From the NCBI GenBank assembly GCA_965205025.1, contig CBDBFU010000015.1:384001-448000 (forward strand): a stretch of DNA of 64,000 nt, read 5' to 3'. A program made the translations under genes and the position numbers. This DNA comes from Candidatus Poribacteria bacterium. GTDB lineage: Bacteria; Poribacteria; WGA-4E; WGA-3G. This document shows positions 51,615 to 61,900 of the stretch, piece by piece (position 1 is the first letter of the stretch; each line of letters opens with the position of its first letter). Below the pieces are notes generated by a model that saw only the letters and a list, made by a program, of their open reading frames with translations, was not told where the DNA came from and did not search any database.

Positions 51615-52172
51615 TTACATTGTAAATTTATAGACAAGTTCACTTTCAGGGGCATCTTTGAGTTGCAAAATAATGGTTCCTGCATCCTGCAGGTAGCGTT
51701 TTTGATACAGGTTCTTGATCAACGTAAGATTGAAGTGATAATCTTCAGTTGGATAAGCCTCACAGGTGTCACCGTTAGCGTTGTGTGCAATATAAATGGG
51801 TAGTTGTACGGGATCTGATTCATGAAACAAATCAGAAGCAACTAAAGTAAATTGGTGATCTTCACATCCACCGCTGTATGATAAGTTCACCTTCAGTATA
51901 TCACCTTCTATCGTGGCAGTATTCAAATCGAATTCATCTGCACCAAACCGATTACCTGCATCACCAATGAAAACATCACCAATATAAGTAATGTCGACTG
52001 GTGGAATGTCATCAACGGAAACGGAAATGAGACGACCATCATGGTCTGTGTTCCTCTGACATCCAATCACAAATAGAATGAATACATACAGATATATAAC
52101 TTTAATGTTGATTAGGTTTATGTGTTTTCCGACACCTAAAGGCGTGGGATTTTTAGCTCTTATATTAGACAT
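51615..52172 (-). CDS. Cys-pair lipoprotein (NigD C-terminal-like)
   Basis: VIGC lipobox; YSGGCEDH.F.L...AHNANGDTCEA; the longer ORF start lies within a MITE. Confidence 0.7.
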   Translation of the reverse strand: MSNIRAKNPTPLGVGKHINLINIKVIYLYVFILFVIGCQRNTDHDGRLISVSVDDIPPVDITYIGDVFIGDAGNRFGADEFDLNTATIEGDILKVNLSYSGGCEDHQFTLVASDLFHESDPVQLPIYIAHNANGDTCEAYPTEDYHFNLTLIKNLYQKRYLQDAGTIILQLKDAPESELVYKFTM

Positions 52173-52187
52173 ATTGACATACTCCCT

Positions 52188-52380
52188 TAGTGGATAGTCC
52201 ACGCTAATTTTATGAGTAGTTCTCTTCTGTAGGAGCGACCTCCTGGTCGCGACACGATTTAATGATACATATAGTGGATAGTCCACGCTAATTTTATGAG
52301 TAGTTCTCTTCTGTAGGAGCGACCTCCTGGTCGCGACACGATTTATTGATACATATAATTTTAGGATGGACTCTCCACTA
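52188..52380. mobile_element. MITE with an internal 84-bp tandem duplication and REP
   Basis: TIR TAGTGGATAGTCCA/TGGACTCTCCACTA; units 52188-52271 and 52272-52355 differ by one base; GTAGGAGCGACCTCCTGGTCGCG. Confidence 0.8.
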
Positions 52381-52471
52381 GTTGCCCATCTGTCGTGTAA
52401 CCGAATATCAGTTTCCCGACACCACGATGGTAATAATCTTTCGCATTATCAAGCCTCAGTTTGGTAGCGTC

Positions 52472-55171
52472 TTATTTCATTATTAACATCTTTCGCGTTG
52501 CAGAAAATTCGTCTGCCGTAAGCGTATAGAAATAAACACCGCTTGCCACCTTTTCACCGACTGCGTTTTTCCCATCCCAATACGCAGCACGATTCCGGCT
52601 ATTATAAAAGCCTGCGGATTGAAAACCGAGCGAAAGTGTGCGAATTAACTGACCCGTTGTATCATAAATAGAGACAGATACTGGACTCTCTTCTGTGAGT
52701 TGATAAGGTATCCACGTCTCCGGGTTAAACGGGTTTGGGAAGTTTTGTAGCAACTGATTATGGTTCGGTTTACCAATACTATCAAACTTGACAGACAATA
52801 GTGCGTTAGCGAGATGCTCAGGGTTCACTTTGAAAGTACGGGTTTGTGACTCAATATTGCCATCCGGACCGATGACACGTAATTCAATCACATCTCCAAC
52901 CTTGACAACGCTACGACGTGCTAAGTCGGCTGTTGCAGCAGCAAAATAATCACCTTGCACCGAGGCGGTTATCGTGCTGTTTGTTCTCAGGTTGCGGACG
53001 ATGACGTTGTAGCCGTCAAACGTTGTTTTCCCCTGCAATTGCCCACTTACCACGAATGCCCAGGCTTCTTGGACAACCCCCCTGTCCCTCCTTGTCAAGG
53101 GGGTAATGGCAGATGGTGCTGCAGCCGCCTCCGTTTGATTTGTCCACCGTGATCCGACAAAGGCAAAATTGCGCACTTGTGGAACATTGACAATATAGCC
53201 TTGTCCACCCTCAATGGGGAATCCATCGTTGGGTGCATCTGGTGTCCAGGCGACGAACTTTTGGTTTACCGCATCAAGTGCTATGACAATTGTTGCTCCC
53301 GCTATTCCAGCAAGTGATTTTGCAGTCATCGGTTTCGGCGGTGCTAAAGGTAAAGAAAGCATGTTTAAACCTTTGGTCAGCGTGACGGAGTAGGCATTGC
53401 TGAAGGCATCACTCTCTTCCTTGGTACCGATTCTGGCAATAAACCCATGTCTGCGTCCATCAGGGGAGTCATAGTGTCCAACGACAGAAGCGTCCTGATT
53501 GATATTGTAGCCTTCCGTTCTAACGCTGCCAGGAACTTTCAATTCATGAAGCCCTCCAAGGAATGTACCGACATAAGTGCGGGTAACCTCGCCGACAACT
53601 TTGCCTCGGGAAACGGAAATCTTTGTATCGGTGAAACCGTGCACAAAAAAGAATTCATAAGTTTCTTGGGTTGGAGGGGTGAAAGATACATACCTGCCAT
53701 CCGGCGCGCGTAGGTATGGCGTATATGTACCTTCGTCATCTACGTAGCTACCAAACATACCCCCTAACGCGTTGATAAAATCGGCATAAGTTTCCACTGC
53801 CCCCGGATACTCAACGATGATGTCCCCTGTGAATCCGCGACGCACACCCGAAGTATCTGTCCAATTACCTGTCAGATTCCCCGTCGCATCACTGATACCC
53901 CATATCTCCGTTTCAACGGATCCCGGAAAATCGTATGGGTGTAACTCACCATCTTGTAGGATGATACCGCGGTGGCGCCCCTCGCTATCCTCGTAGTGTC
54001 CGGCAGCACGTCCATCATTACCGAGGGCATAGAAATAGGTGTTCTGTGAACCCGGAAAATCATAAGTCATAAAAACGCCATCAATCAGCGTAAAGGCGAC
54101 CATTTTTCCACCATCGGCACTTTTCGTGTAACCCGCATAATCTTCAAAGTCAGAACTCGCTGTCAAGGCTAAAAAATCTACGCCCGGAACATCAATACTC
54201 TCGTAAGTATAGTTGAAACCACTGATTTGGAAAACAGGTTGATTAACGACTTTAATGGGTTTGGCGATAAACCCGTGTCTACGTCCATCAGGGGTGTCAT
54301 AGAACCCGACAACAGAACCATCCTGATTGATATTATAACCTTGTGTGCTAACACTGTCCGGAACCTTCAATTCTCGTAGACCGTCAGTAAATGTACCAAG
54401 ATAAGTGCGAATGACATCACCGAACACTTTACCTCGAGCGATCCTTACTAATGCATCGTTAACACCATGAACATAAAAGAATTCAAGATTTTCTGCATTT
54501 GTGAGTTCGAAAGTTACATACCTGCCATCCGAGGAATATGCATATTCTTGAAACACCCCGTTAGCATCTATGTAGCTGGCAAACAAATTACCATCCGAGT
54601 TGACAAAATCGGCGAATGTTGCTATTGCCCCGGGGAACTCAAGGATTGTGTCTCCTGTAAAGCCACGCCGAACACCCGCAGCATCTATCCAATTCCCTGT
54701 CAATACTCCCGTTGCGTCAGAAATACCGTAAATCTCTGTTTGCACAGCATTGGGGAAATCGTATTGACGTAACTCGCTATCTTCCAAGATAATACCATGG
54801 TGCAAACCCTCGCTATCTTCGTAGTAGCCCGCAGCGCGACCATCATTACCGAGTGCATAGAAATAAGTATTCTGTGCGTCTGGGAAATCGTAGGTCGTAA
54901 AAACACCATCAATGAGTGTAAAGGCGACATCTTTTTCACCATTGGCACTTTTCGTGTAGCCGGCGTAGTCCTCAAAATCGCTACTCGCTGTCAGTGCTAA
55001 GAAGTCTACACCCGGAACATCTATCGTCTCAAAAGTATAGTTGTCATCAGCTACTGCAGCATCGTCTTGTGCAGCAGTATTCATGAGGAAAAAGGTATTG
55101 AAACTCATAAACAACGTTAACATGTAAAGAAAAAAATTGGTTTTAGTCTGTATAAACATATAGTTTTTCAT
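52472..55171 (-). CDS. Secreted repeat protein (two ~270-aa modules) with FlgD-Ig / T9SS-like C-terminal domain
   Basis: YTFETIDVPGVDFLALTASSDFEDYAG...HGFIA twice; LLQNFPNPFNPETWIPYQL...ATRKMLIMK. Confidence 0.88.
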   Translation of the reverse strand: MKNYMFIQTKTNFFLYMLTLFMSFNTFFLMNTAAQDDAAVADDNYTFETIDVPGVDFLALTASSDFEDYAGYTKSANGEKDVAFTLIDGVFTTYDFPDAQNTYFYALGNDGRAAGYYEDSEGLHHGIILEDSELRQYDFPNAVQTEIYGISDATGVLTGNWIDAAGVRRGFTGDTILEFPGAIATFADFVNSDGNLFASYIDANGVFQEYAYSSDGRYVTFELTNAENLEFFYVHGVNDALVRIARGKVFGDVIRTYLGTFTDGLRELKVPDSVSTQGYNINQDGSVVGFYDTPDGRRHGFIAKPIKVVNQPVFQISGFNYTYESIDVPGVDFLALTASSDFEDYAGYTKSADGGKMVAFTLIDGVFMTYDFPGSQNTYFYALGNDGRAAGHYEDSEGRHRGIILQDGELHPYDFPGSVETEIWGISDATGNLTGNWTDTSGVRRGFTGDIIVEYPGAVETYADFINALGGMFGSYVDDEGTYTPYLRAPDGRYVSFTPPTQETYEFFFVHGFTDTKISVSRGKVVGEVTRTYVGTFLGGLHELKVPGSVRTEGYNINQDASVVGHYDSPDGRRHGFIARIGTKEESDAFSNAYSVTLTKGLNMLSLPLAPPKPMTAKSLAGIAGATIVIALDAVNQKFVAWTPDAPNDGFPIEGGQGYIVNVPQVRNFAFVGSRWTNQTEAAAAPSAITPLTRRDRGVVQEAWAFVVSGQLQGKTTFDGYNVIVRNLRTNSTITASVQGDYFAAATADLARRSVVKVGDVIELRVIGPDGNIESQTRTFKVNPEHLANALLSVKFDSIGKPNHNQLLQNFPNPFNPETWIPYQLTEESPVSVSIYDTTGQLIRTLSLGFQSAGFYNSRNRAAYWDGKNAVGEKVASGVYFYTLTADEFSATRKMLIMK

Positions 55172-55260
55172 TTTATCTCCTTTGTAAATATGTAGATTGT
55201 TTTAGGAGAGACTCGCACAATCTACAAAACGAGTAAGGAGAAAGTCAAATGTATATTGAA

Positions 55261-55450
55261 CAGGACTTACGCATTTCATCTTAAAGTCCCCCTGATAAGG
55301 GGCGGGGAATGCCCTAAGGCATTCATACCCGGGGAATGCTAAATAGCATTCATACCGTTGATTCCTTGATTCTTTAGGGGGTTAAAACACCGAAATGACG
55401 GATTTTTAAGTCAAATTTTACCTTTTTTTGCTTAAGTTGCGTAAGTCCTG
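55261..55450. mobile_element. MITE (190 bp)
   Basis: Perfect 13-bp TIR CAGGACTTACGCA/TGCGTAAGTCCTG with 5-bp TSD TTGAA. Confidence 0.9.
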
Positions 55451-55463
55451 TTGAATTTCAAGT

Positions 55464-55496
55464 GTGGATATTTAAAAACGCCTCCACGGGGCGAGA
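55464..55496 (-). ncRNA. Putative pseudoknot element, subtype A
   Basis: CUCGCC-CC-GUGGA-GGCG-UUUUUAAAUA-UCCAC. Confidence 0.5.
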
Positions 55497-55528
55497 CCTT
55501 AAGTCCTTTCTTAAATATCCTCTGATTC

Positions 55529-57322
55529 CTATTTCATTATCAACATCTTTCGCGTTGCAGAAAAGTCACCTGCGGTGAGTGTATAAAAATACAAACCGCT
55601 TGCCACAGTTTCACCCAACGCATTTTTCCCATCCCAATATGCCGCACGGTCTCTGCTTTGATAGAGGCCCGCAGACTGATTGCCTATCGCAAGTGTCCGA
55701 ACCAAATTCCCATCTGCAGCGTAGATGGATAATGTAACATCCGCAGATGTCGCCAACTGATACGGTATCCATGTTTCCGGATTGAATGGATTCGGGTAGT
55801 TTGCGAGTAAGACACTCTTTTTTGGCACAACGTTTGATGAGATCAGGGGTGCTGCGGCATTGACTTTGTAAAGATAGAGTCTATCTCTACGCCAATTGAA
55901 GCTAAAATAGTAAGTAGGGACATCTTCGTTCTGCCCTTGAAATCGCAAAGCAGCATCAAGGTTATATGAGCGATAGGTGACGGCATTATCACCTGCAATC
56001 CAATCAAATCGGATTTTTGGAAACCCTTGAGCAAGACTTTCTTCATCTGACCTATGAGTATAGACATACCCAGTTTCAAGCGAATACTTCTGCCAAGAAT
56101 CGTTCTGTGTCCACCTCATTTGATAATGTACACGCACCCCTGTCGTGTTTCTAATTTTTACTGTCCACCTCTGGCGTAAAGTGTCAAGTAATGCCTTTAT
56201 GTTTTGGGTCGTTGCGGCCCCAGAGGAAGTTTCATCCGATCCCGCACTCAGGACACCGATAAGCACACCTTGACCGTTGAGGACGGGACCGCCACTATTG
56301 CCTTCATGCGTATCACCTTCCATTACTAAACACCCTACTAACTCACCTTCTTCGACTGGACAACTTGCTTGTGGCCCAAGGAAGGTTCCCTGTGTATAGT
56401 TCCACAACCGGTCCCCTGGATTTCCCAAGATATGAATCTTATCACCTCGTTTCATGCTATCTTCAACGTTCCGGCTAAAGTCGTGCTGAATCTCGCGGGC
56501 TGTCGACGGCAGCCGATCCAGTTGGAGAATTGCAAGGTCGTTTTCCACATTTTGTGCAATGACCTGTGCTTCTTCGGTAGCATACTTATTGGCTACAAGC
56601 CATTCCATATTGTCCAGGTAGAAATCCTCATCCTTCCGCAATCTTCCTTGATCTCTGTAAGGAAAAAACACAGAGATCCGCTCAGCATTCTCTATAACAT
56701 GCTGGTTGGTAACAATAAGCTTGCGATCCTTGTCAATCAAAAACCCACTTCCTTTACCAATCCAATTGCCCTTACCTGTACGTATCCACACAACAGAATG
56801 AATCGCTTGATCATAGATTTCCTGTGCTGGCAGATCAGCGGGCCCAACCGGATCACAGTCGGTACGTTTCGTAATGATATGTATACCGTCGTCCGTGTTG
56901 AATTCGTAGAGTGTAGCTGTATCTAAAGACGCTTGATTGTGATCACTATCCAAGTATTCCCCTGTTTCCGTCTCCACAACCGTAAATTTCCTTGTCGGAT
57001 GCAGCCAAAAAAAATAACTATCTCGCGTTTCATGGTCAAGTGGTTTAATTTCGTTACCATTAGGATCTTCTACACGAATATACACAAAATCATTATCAAC
57101 TGGGACCGATAGATTTATAAAACCGCCAGGTTCAATCTCATACCAACCTTCTGTCCGATAGCCTGCGGGTAAATCATCGCTTGCCTCTCTCCATGTGGAA
57201 TATATGACCCAGGCATCCTCTGTCGCGCTGCCATTAGCAACAAGGAAGTCCGCGGCTGCTAATTGTGTTAGAAGAAGTGTTGTTGTTAGAAAAATAAATA
57301 TGTAAAATATTTTCTTATACAT
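55529..57322 (-). CDS. Secreted trypsin-like serine protease with FlgD-Ig / T9SS-like C-terminal domain
   Basis: GSGFLI...TNQHV, DLAIL, GNSGGP; LLANYPNPFNPETWIPYQL. Confidence 0.9.
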   Translation of the reverse strand: MYKKIFYIFIFLTTTLLLTQLAAADFLVANGSATEDAWVIYSTWREASDDLPAGYRTEGWYEIEPGGFINLSVPVDNDFVYIRVEDPNGNEIKPLDHETRDSYFFWLHPTRKFTVVETETGEYLDSDHNQASLDTATLYEFNTDDGIHIITKRTDCDPVGPADLPAQEIYDQAIHSVVWIRTGKGNWIGKGSGFLIDKDRKLIVTNQHVIENAERISVFFPYRDQGRLRKDEDFYLDNMEWLVANKYATEEAQVIAQNVENDLAILQLDRLPSTAREIQHDFSRNVEDSMKRGDKIHILGNPGDRLWNYTQGTFLGPQASCPVEEGELVGCLVMEGDTHEGNSGGPVLNGQGVLIGVLSAGSDETSSGAATTQNIKALLDTLRQRWTVKIRNTTGVRVHYQMRWTQNDSWQKYSLETGYVYTHRSDEESLAQGFPKIRFDWIAGDNAVTYRSYNLDAALRFQGQNEDVPTYYFSFNWRRDRLYLYKVNAAAPLISSNVVPKKSVLLANYPNPFNPETWIPYQLATSADVTLSIYAADGNLVRTLAIGNQSAGLYQSRDRAAYWDGKNALGETVASGLYFYTLTAGDFSATRKMLIMK

Positions 57323-57394
57323 TGATGATAAATAACTCCTTTATGGTATGATGAAAATTAAATTGTTGTCGCTAAGAGCCTCATTTATATAGGA

Positions 57395-58063
57395 TTACGA
57401 TAAAAATACCGCAATAAATGTTACATCAAGACTTACTCTAAATAGCCAAATAATGAGTGCTACGCAAAATGCCTTACCTTTGCTGACTTCTGCAAAAATA
57501 TGGATACCGATTGTCAACACAAAAACATACCACACAGCCACGAGGTTTATGTAGGAGAGGAACACTAGAACATGTTGATTTTGCAGGAATCCTCCTAATA
57601 TATGCAACCCTGGAATAACTCTCGTATCTATTCCGGATTGAATGTCCTCAATATCTCTAAAAATTGGAAGCAGACCCACATTCACGAAAAATGTCATTGT
57701 ACGAAGCAGCATGATATGCACAAAGGCTGCGTAGATATGTTTAAATTTTACTGCACTTGCTATCTTGCACAATCTGACTAAGACTGTGAGTACAATACTC
57801 AACAAAATCGTCATCAAGAAACTGTAACTCATTGAAAATACCGTAGTAGATACAACAGAAGGCGGTTTCTTAAGTGGTAATGTATTCGCGGAGCGAGCTG
57901 CGAGAAGCTGCTGCGTATATGGCACGAGTGCCCACGCTAAAATGACAGAAATTAAACAATAAAGTATAAAAACAACTACCCACTTCGGCTCGGATTTTAG
58001 CCGAGTAAACGCTGCCTTCGGGTTCATGATGATGTCAGTGAGGTTTTGTAGGCTTTCTTTCAT
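57395..58063 (-). CDS. Yip1-domain membrane protein
   Basis: IIMNPKAAFTRLK..P.W; five TM segments. Confidence 0.75.
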   Translation of the reverse strand: MKESLQNLTDIIMNPKAAFTRLKSEPKWVVVFILYCLISVILAWALVPYTQQLLAARSANTLPLKKPPSVVSTTVFSMSYSFLMTILLSIVLTVLVRLCKIASAVKFKHIYAAFVHIMLLRTMTFFVNVGLLPIFRDIEDIQSGIDTRVIPGLHILGGFLQNQHVLVFLSYINLVAVWYVFVLTIGIHIFAEVSKGKAFCVALIIWLFRVSLDVTFIAVFLS

Positions 58064-58084
58064 TAGTCTTCGTTATAAGGGCAG

Positions 58085-58600
58085 CTACAATTCAAAGATA
58101 GAAAAGATTGGTAAATTCCCGACCTTTTCTCGTCCGTTGAGTTCCGTGAGTTCTATTAACAAGGCAATGCCTACAATGTCTCCGTCCAGCTTCTCAACAA
58201 GTTCAACCGTTGCCGCAAGTGTGCCGCCAGTTGCCAAGAGATCATCACATAACAGCACCCGACTCCCCTTTGGAAATGCGTCTTGATGAATAGTCAGACT
58301 ATCAGTGCCATACTCAAGTTCATAGGTCACTTGATATGTGTCGTAGGGTAATTTCCCTCTTTTACGTACCGGTGCAAAACCTGCCCCCATACGATATGCA
58401 AGTGCAGACGCAAAAATAAACCCTCTGGCTTCGGGGCCCACAATTATGTCAACTCCCGCATCTTTGTAATGATTCGCGTAGACCTCAATTACAGCGTTGA
58501 AGACAGGGGCATTCCCTAAAAGGGGTGTAATGTCTTTAAATGCAATACCCGGCTTCGGAAAATCAGGTATCGTACGGATAAACTTCGTTAGATCGTTCAT
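58085..58600 (-). CDS. apt: Adenine phosphoribosyltransferase
   Basis: IPDFPKPGIAFKDITPLL, EARGF, RKRGKLP, LEYG, DDLLATGGT; ATG at 58600. Confidence 0.97.
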   Translation of the reverse strand: MNDLTKFIRTIPDFPKPGIAFKDITPLLGNAPVFNAVIEVYANHYKDAGVDIIVGPEARGFIFASALAYRMGAGFAPVRKRGKLPYDTYQVTYELEYGTDSLTIHQDAFPKGSRVLLCDDLLATGGTLAATVELVEKLDGDIVGIALLIELTELNGREKVGNLPIFSIFEL

Positions 58601-58659
58601 AAAATCGTAAAACCTCTTGGTATTTATGGTAGCGTTTAAAATACTTGAAAATAGACATA

Positions 58660-58843
58660 ATACCATTTCTATTTAAATAGTTCACATTACGATCACTCTT
58701 AGTAGTCCCCCTGATAAGGGGCGGGGAATGCCCTAAGGCATTCATACCCGGGGAATGCTAAATAGCATTCATACCGTTGATTCCTTGATTCTTTAGGGGG
58801 TTTCTTCAATTTGTAATGAGTAATCATCATTTAGAAATGGTAT
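58660..58843. mobile_element. MITE-like element carrying the same ~99-bp hairpin cargo as 55261-55450
   Basis: TIR ATACCATTTCTA/TAGAAATGGTAT; 58704-58802 identical to 55285-55383. Confidence 0.75.
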
Positions 58844-58940
58844 AACTATTGATATTTTACTATTCCGCGATACGCGGATAACCTTGTTTCTCAAATAGGT
58901 CCCTGTGTGCCACGGTTAAGAGGACTTGTATTGTTGTATC

Positions 58941-61900
58941 CTATTCCCGTCCCTTCTTGAAAGATGCCCATTGCGTTGTCATTTTCCCTTTAGCAGAAAT
59001 CAAACCGCGCAAGCGCGTTGTCGTAAGCGTTTGATGCACACCAGCATAAGACACATCTTCAATTTTATAGTAGTAAACAGTATTCGCCTTCGCGGTGTTA
59101 TCCATCCACGTATATTCAGTGCGTTCTCCCGTTGTGCCAGCGCCTTGTATCAGCTCGGTATTAACTCGCTGAAACTTGCCTGCCTTTGTTTGACTTCGGT
59201 AGATGTAGAACCCCGCATTGTCTACTTCTGATTCAGTTGTCCAGTTGATGACAACACCGTCAGCTGTATGCTCCGCTGTGAAACTGGATAGCGTCACAGG
59301 AAGTGGCGTACCCTTGCGATACCCAGGATTACCCACATCCGTGGCATCCCCGTAATAGGTGATGATTTTCGGTGGAACGTCTGCTGTAGACACCCACGCT
59401 TTGACATGCCTACCATCTAAAGGCAGCCGTTTTTTGTATAACCGTCGCAGAGATGCACGTGCACCATCGCTTGTTTCGCCGGGTGGTAATGTCCATGCAG
59501 GCGTGTCTTTGGTGTACGGGTAGCCGTCTAAGTTGCCGATAGTATCCACGACGTTGCCGGTAGCATCTGTGAGTTGGATCAGAAACCCGTCACTGCTGAG
59601 CAGGCGGAACCGATTTGGCATGGGTGAAAAAGTCTTCGGGTGCCGCTGAAACAGGTTGTAGGTGCGGTTAGCAGGTAAATGCTTCGAATGCACACCGCGT
59701 GCAGTTATGAGCAGCGCTGTCTGGTTCGGTAGCACATCAAACGCCTCAAACGTCATAACAATCTGCTGATGTTTGCCCTCTTGCAGCGTCTCAACAACAA
59801 GCTGATAGTCTTTGAGTTTCACAGAATCGGTAAAGGATGGATTATAGAGTTCAATCCACTGAGGCAAGGTTCGGGATCGGGTTTTTGTCTCAAACATTAT
59901 CTCACTGATACTCAAGGCAACCGTCGGACTTGTGCCGGGAACGATCTGGTGCAAAAATAACGGGGTAGCAATATCTGTCGGGTGTCCGTAATATGCGTTT
60001 ATGCCAATGGCGACCGATACGGCAGACATCCATCCCGAAGCCTTTGTGCCTTTCAACACATCGCCATCTTCAAAATTGCGGAGCAGTGAAAAACGGTGTC
60101 CTTGTGGTGTCATACTATCGGGTAGCGTCCATGTCGGCAGATCGTCCGTGTGTTCGTCGCCATCAAGGTTACCGACGCGGTCAACGACGCGACCAGTAGG
60201 ATGTATCAGTTTTAAAGAAAAACCCTCTGTGCCGAAGATTTTATTTTTGAGTTGTCGACTGAACACACCTGGCTGTGTCGAAGAGAGATGAAAAATCCGC
60301 TCGGTTGGCAGCGCATCCGAACTTTCACCCGACCGCCCAGTCCCCAAAAGCACCGTCTGTTTCGGCGGCAGCGAGAACGACTTGAGCACCAGACGAGCGT
60401 GTCGGTGTGTTCCGTCTGTCCGGGTTTCGATATCTAACTGATAGTCTTTCAAATTTATAGGTGTTTGAGAAGCGTTATACAACTCAATCCATTCAGAGGA
60501 TGCCCCCGAGAAATCATACATGAGTTCGCTGATTCGGACTTCATCAGGTAAAGTCGGAGTGAGAACACGGAGCGCACCATAGCCAGGCGTGCCCGGGCCG
60601 CTTGTGTTAGGGTCGTATCCGAGACCCGACTGTGATTCGCTCACTGTCCATGCCGCAGCAAGGTAGCCGGGTAACCGAACATCGCTGCGCTGCCAAGTGC
60701 CTTCCTCAGTCAGAGGGGCTACCGGGGCGAGGGGACGACGGGTATTAGCGAGAGGCCAGACCTCTGTGCTGCCATAGCCACGCAAATAATTGCCAGCAAC
60801 ATCCTCAATGGATGCTGGGGTGCCGTTTTTATCCCGGGCATGCCGTAAAATCAACAGATACGGTGTACCCGGTAGTTTCAAATCAGGGGCAACGAGATAC
60901 GGATGCTGTGCACCCTTCTGACGCGCACCTGTCGCTATATTCAACCCACTTGCAAGACGCGTTTCGCTCGGATCCGTATTCGTAATCAATAACACACCAC
61001 CACTCGGCAACCTATAGTCAGGGAACGATACAATGTCCACATCTTGATCCGCTGCGTCCCCTCTGTTCGCAACAATGCTGATCTCCCAATCCTTAAGCCG
61101 AATTTCCGCAGCATAAAGGTTTTTGAGTTCAATCCAATCGTTTGAATCCTCCCCAACGTTGTTGATCTCGTTGAAGATAAAGCAATGGGTTGCAAGTGGA
61201 ATAGGGGGCACAGTGACGGGTGGTGTGTCTACAGGTGGCACATCCCCTGGCGGGTAAATCGACGGCTCATCAGGTGGATCTACGGGTGGTTCGGGTTCTA
61301 CAGGTGGCTCTACAGGCGGGTCCACAGGTGGCTCAACGGGCGGTTCTACAGGCGGTTCCACAGGTGGCTCAACGGGCGGTTCTTCGGGTGGCTCTACAGG
61401 CGGTTCTACGGGTTCGTCAACATCTGTCACGGTGACGATCAATGTCTGGGTCGCTGTCAATTCGCGATCCCCGACACCACTCGTTGCCGTGAGGATTAAT
61501 GTATAGACGTTGCTATTCGCTGCACTCCCCGGCATCTCAAAGTCAGGGGCAACCTTGAAACGCAACATATCCGCCGGGGTGCTCGCACCACCGATCTCAA
61601 ATAACGCAGCATCTGCACCACCCGTAATCGCATACCCGGTAATCTCATCCTCCGCATCGGGGTCTTCCGCAATAATCGTGACAACCGCTGTTGTGTTCTC
61701 TGCAACATTCACTGCCGAGGCACTCCTGAAAACCGGCGGATGATTCACGGGTGCTGGCGGTTCAGGTGGTGGTTCCGGTGGGCGTGGTCCCGGGGGCGTT
61801 CGCGATAGGGTGCTGGCTGTCAGCACATTGCTCCCAGGTTCAATCTGACTCTCGCCTCGCAAGGCAAACAACTGGAAGTCATACGAGGTCCCCGGTTCAA

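Noticed and set aside
52188-52355. CRISPR-like repeat
   Set aside because: Simple tandem duplication within a MITE; the would-be spacers are identical.
58878-58926. Additional pseudoknot (GUCC:GGAC, UAACC:GGUUA) after gene 58941
   Set aside because: Pairing is not preserved in the paralogous UTR at about 63746-63796.
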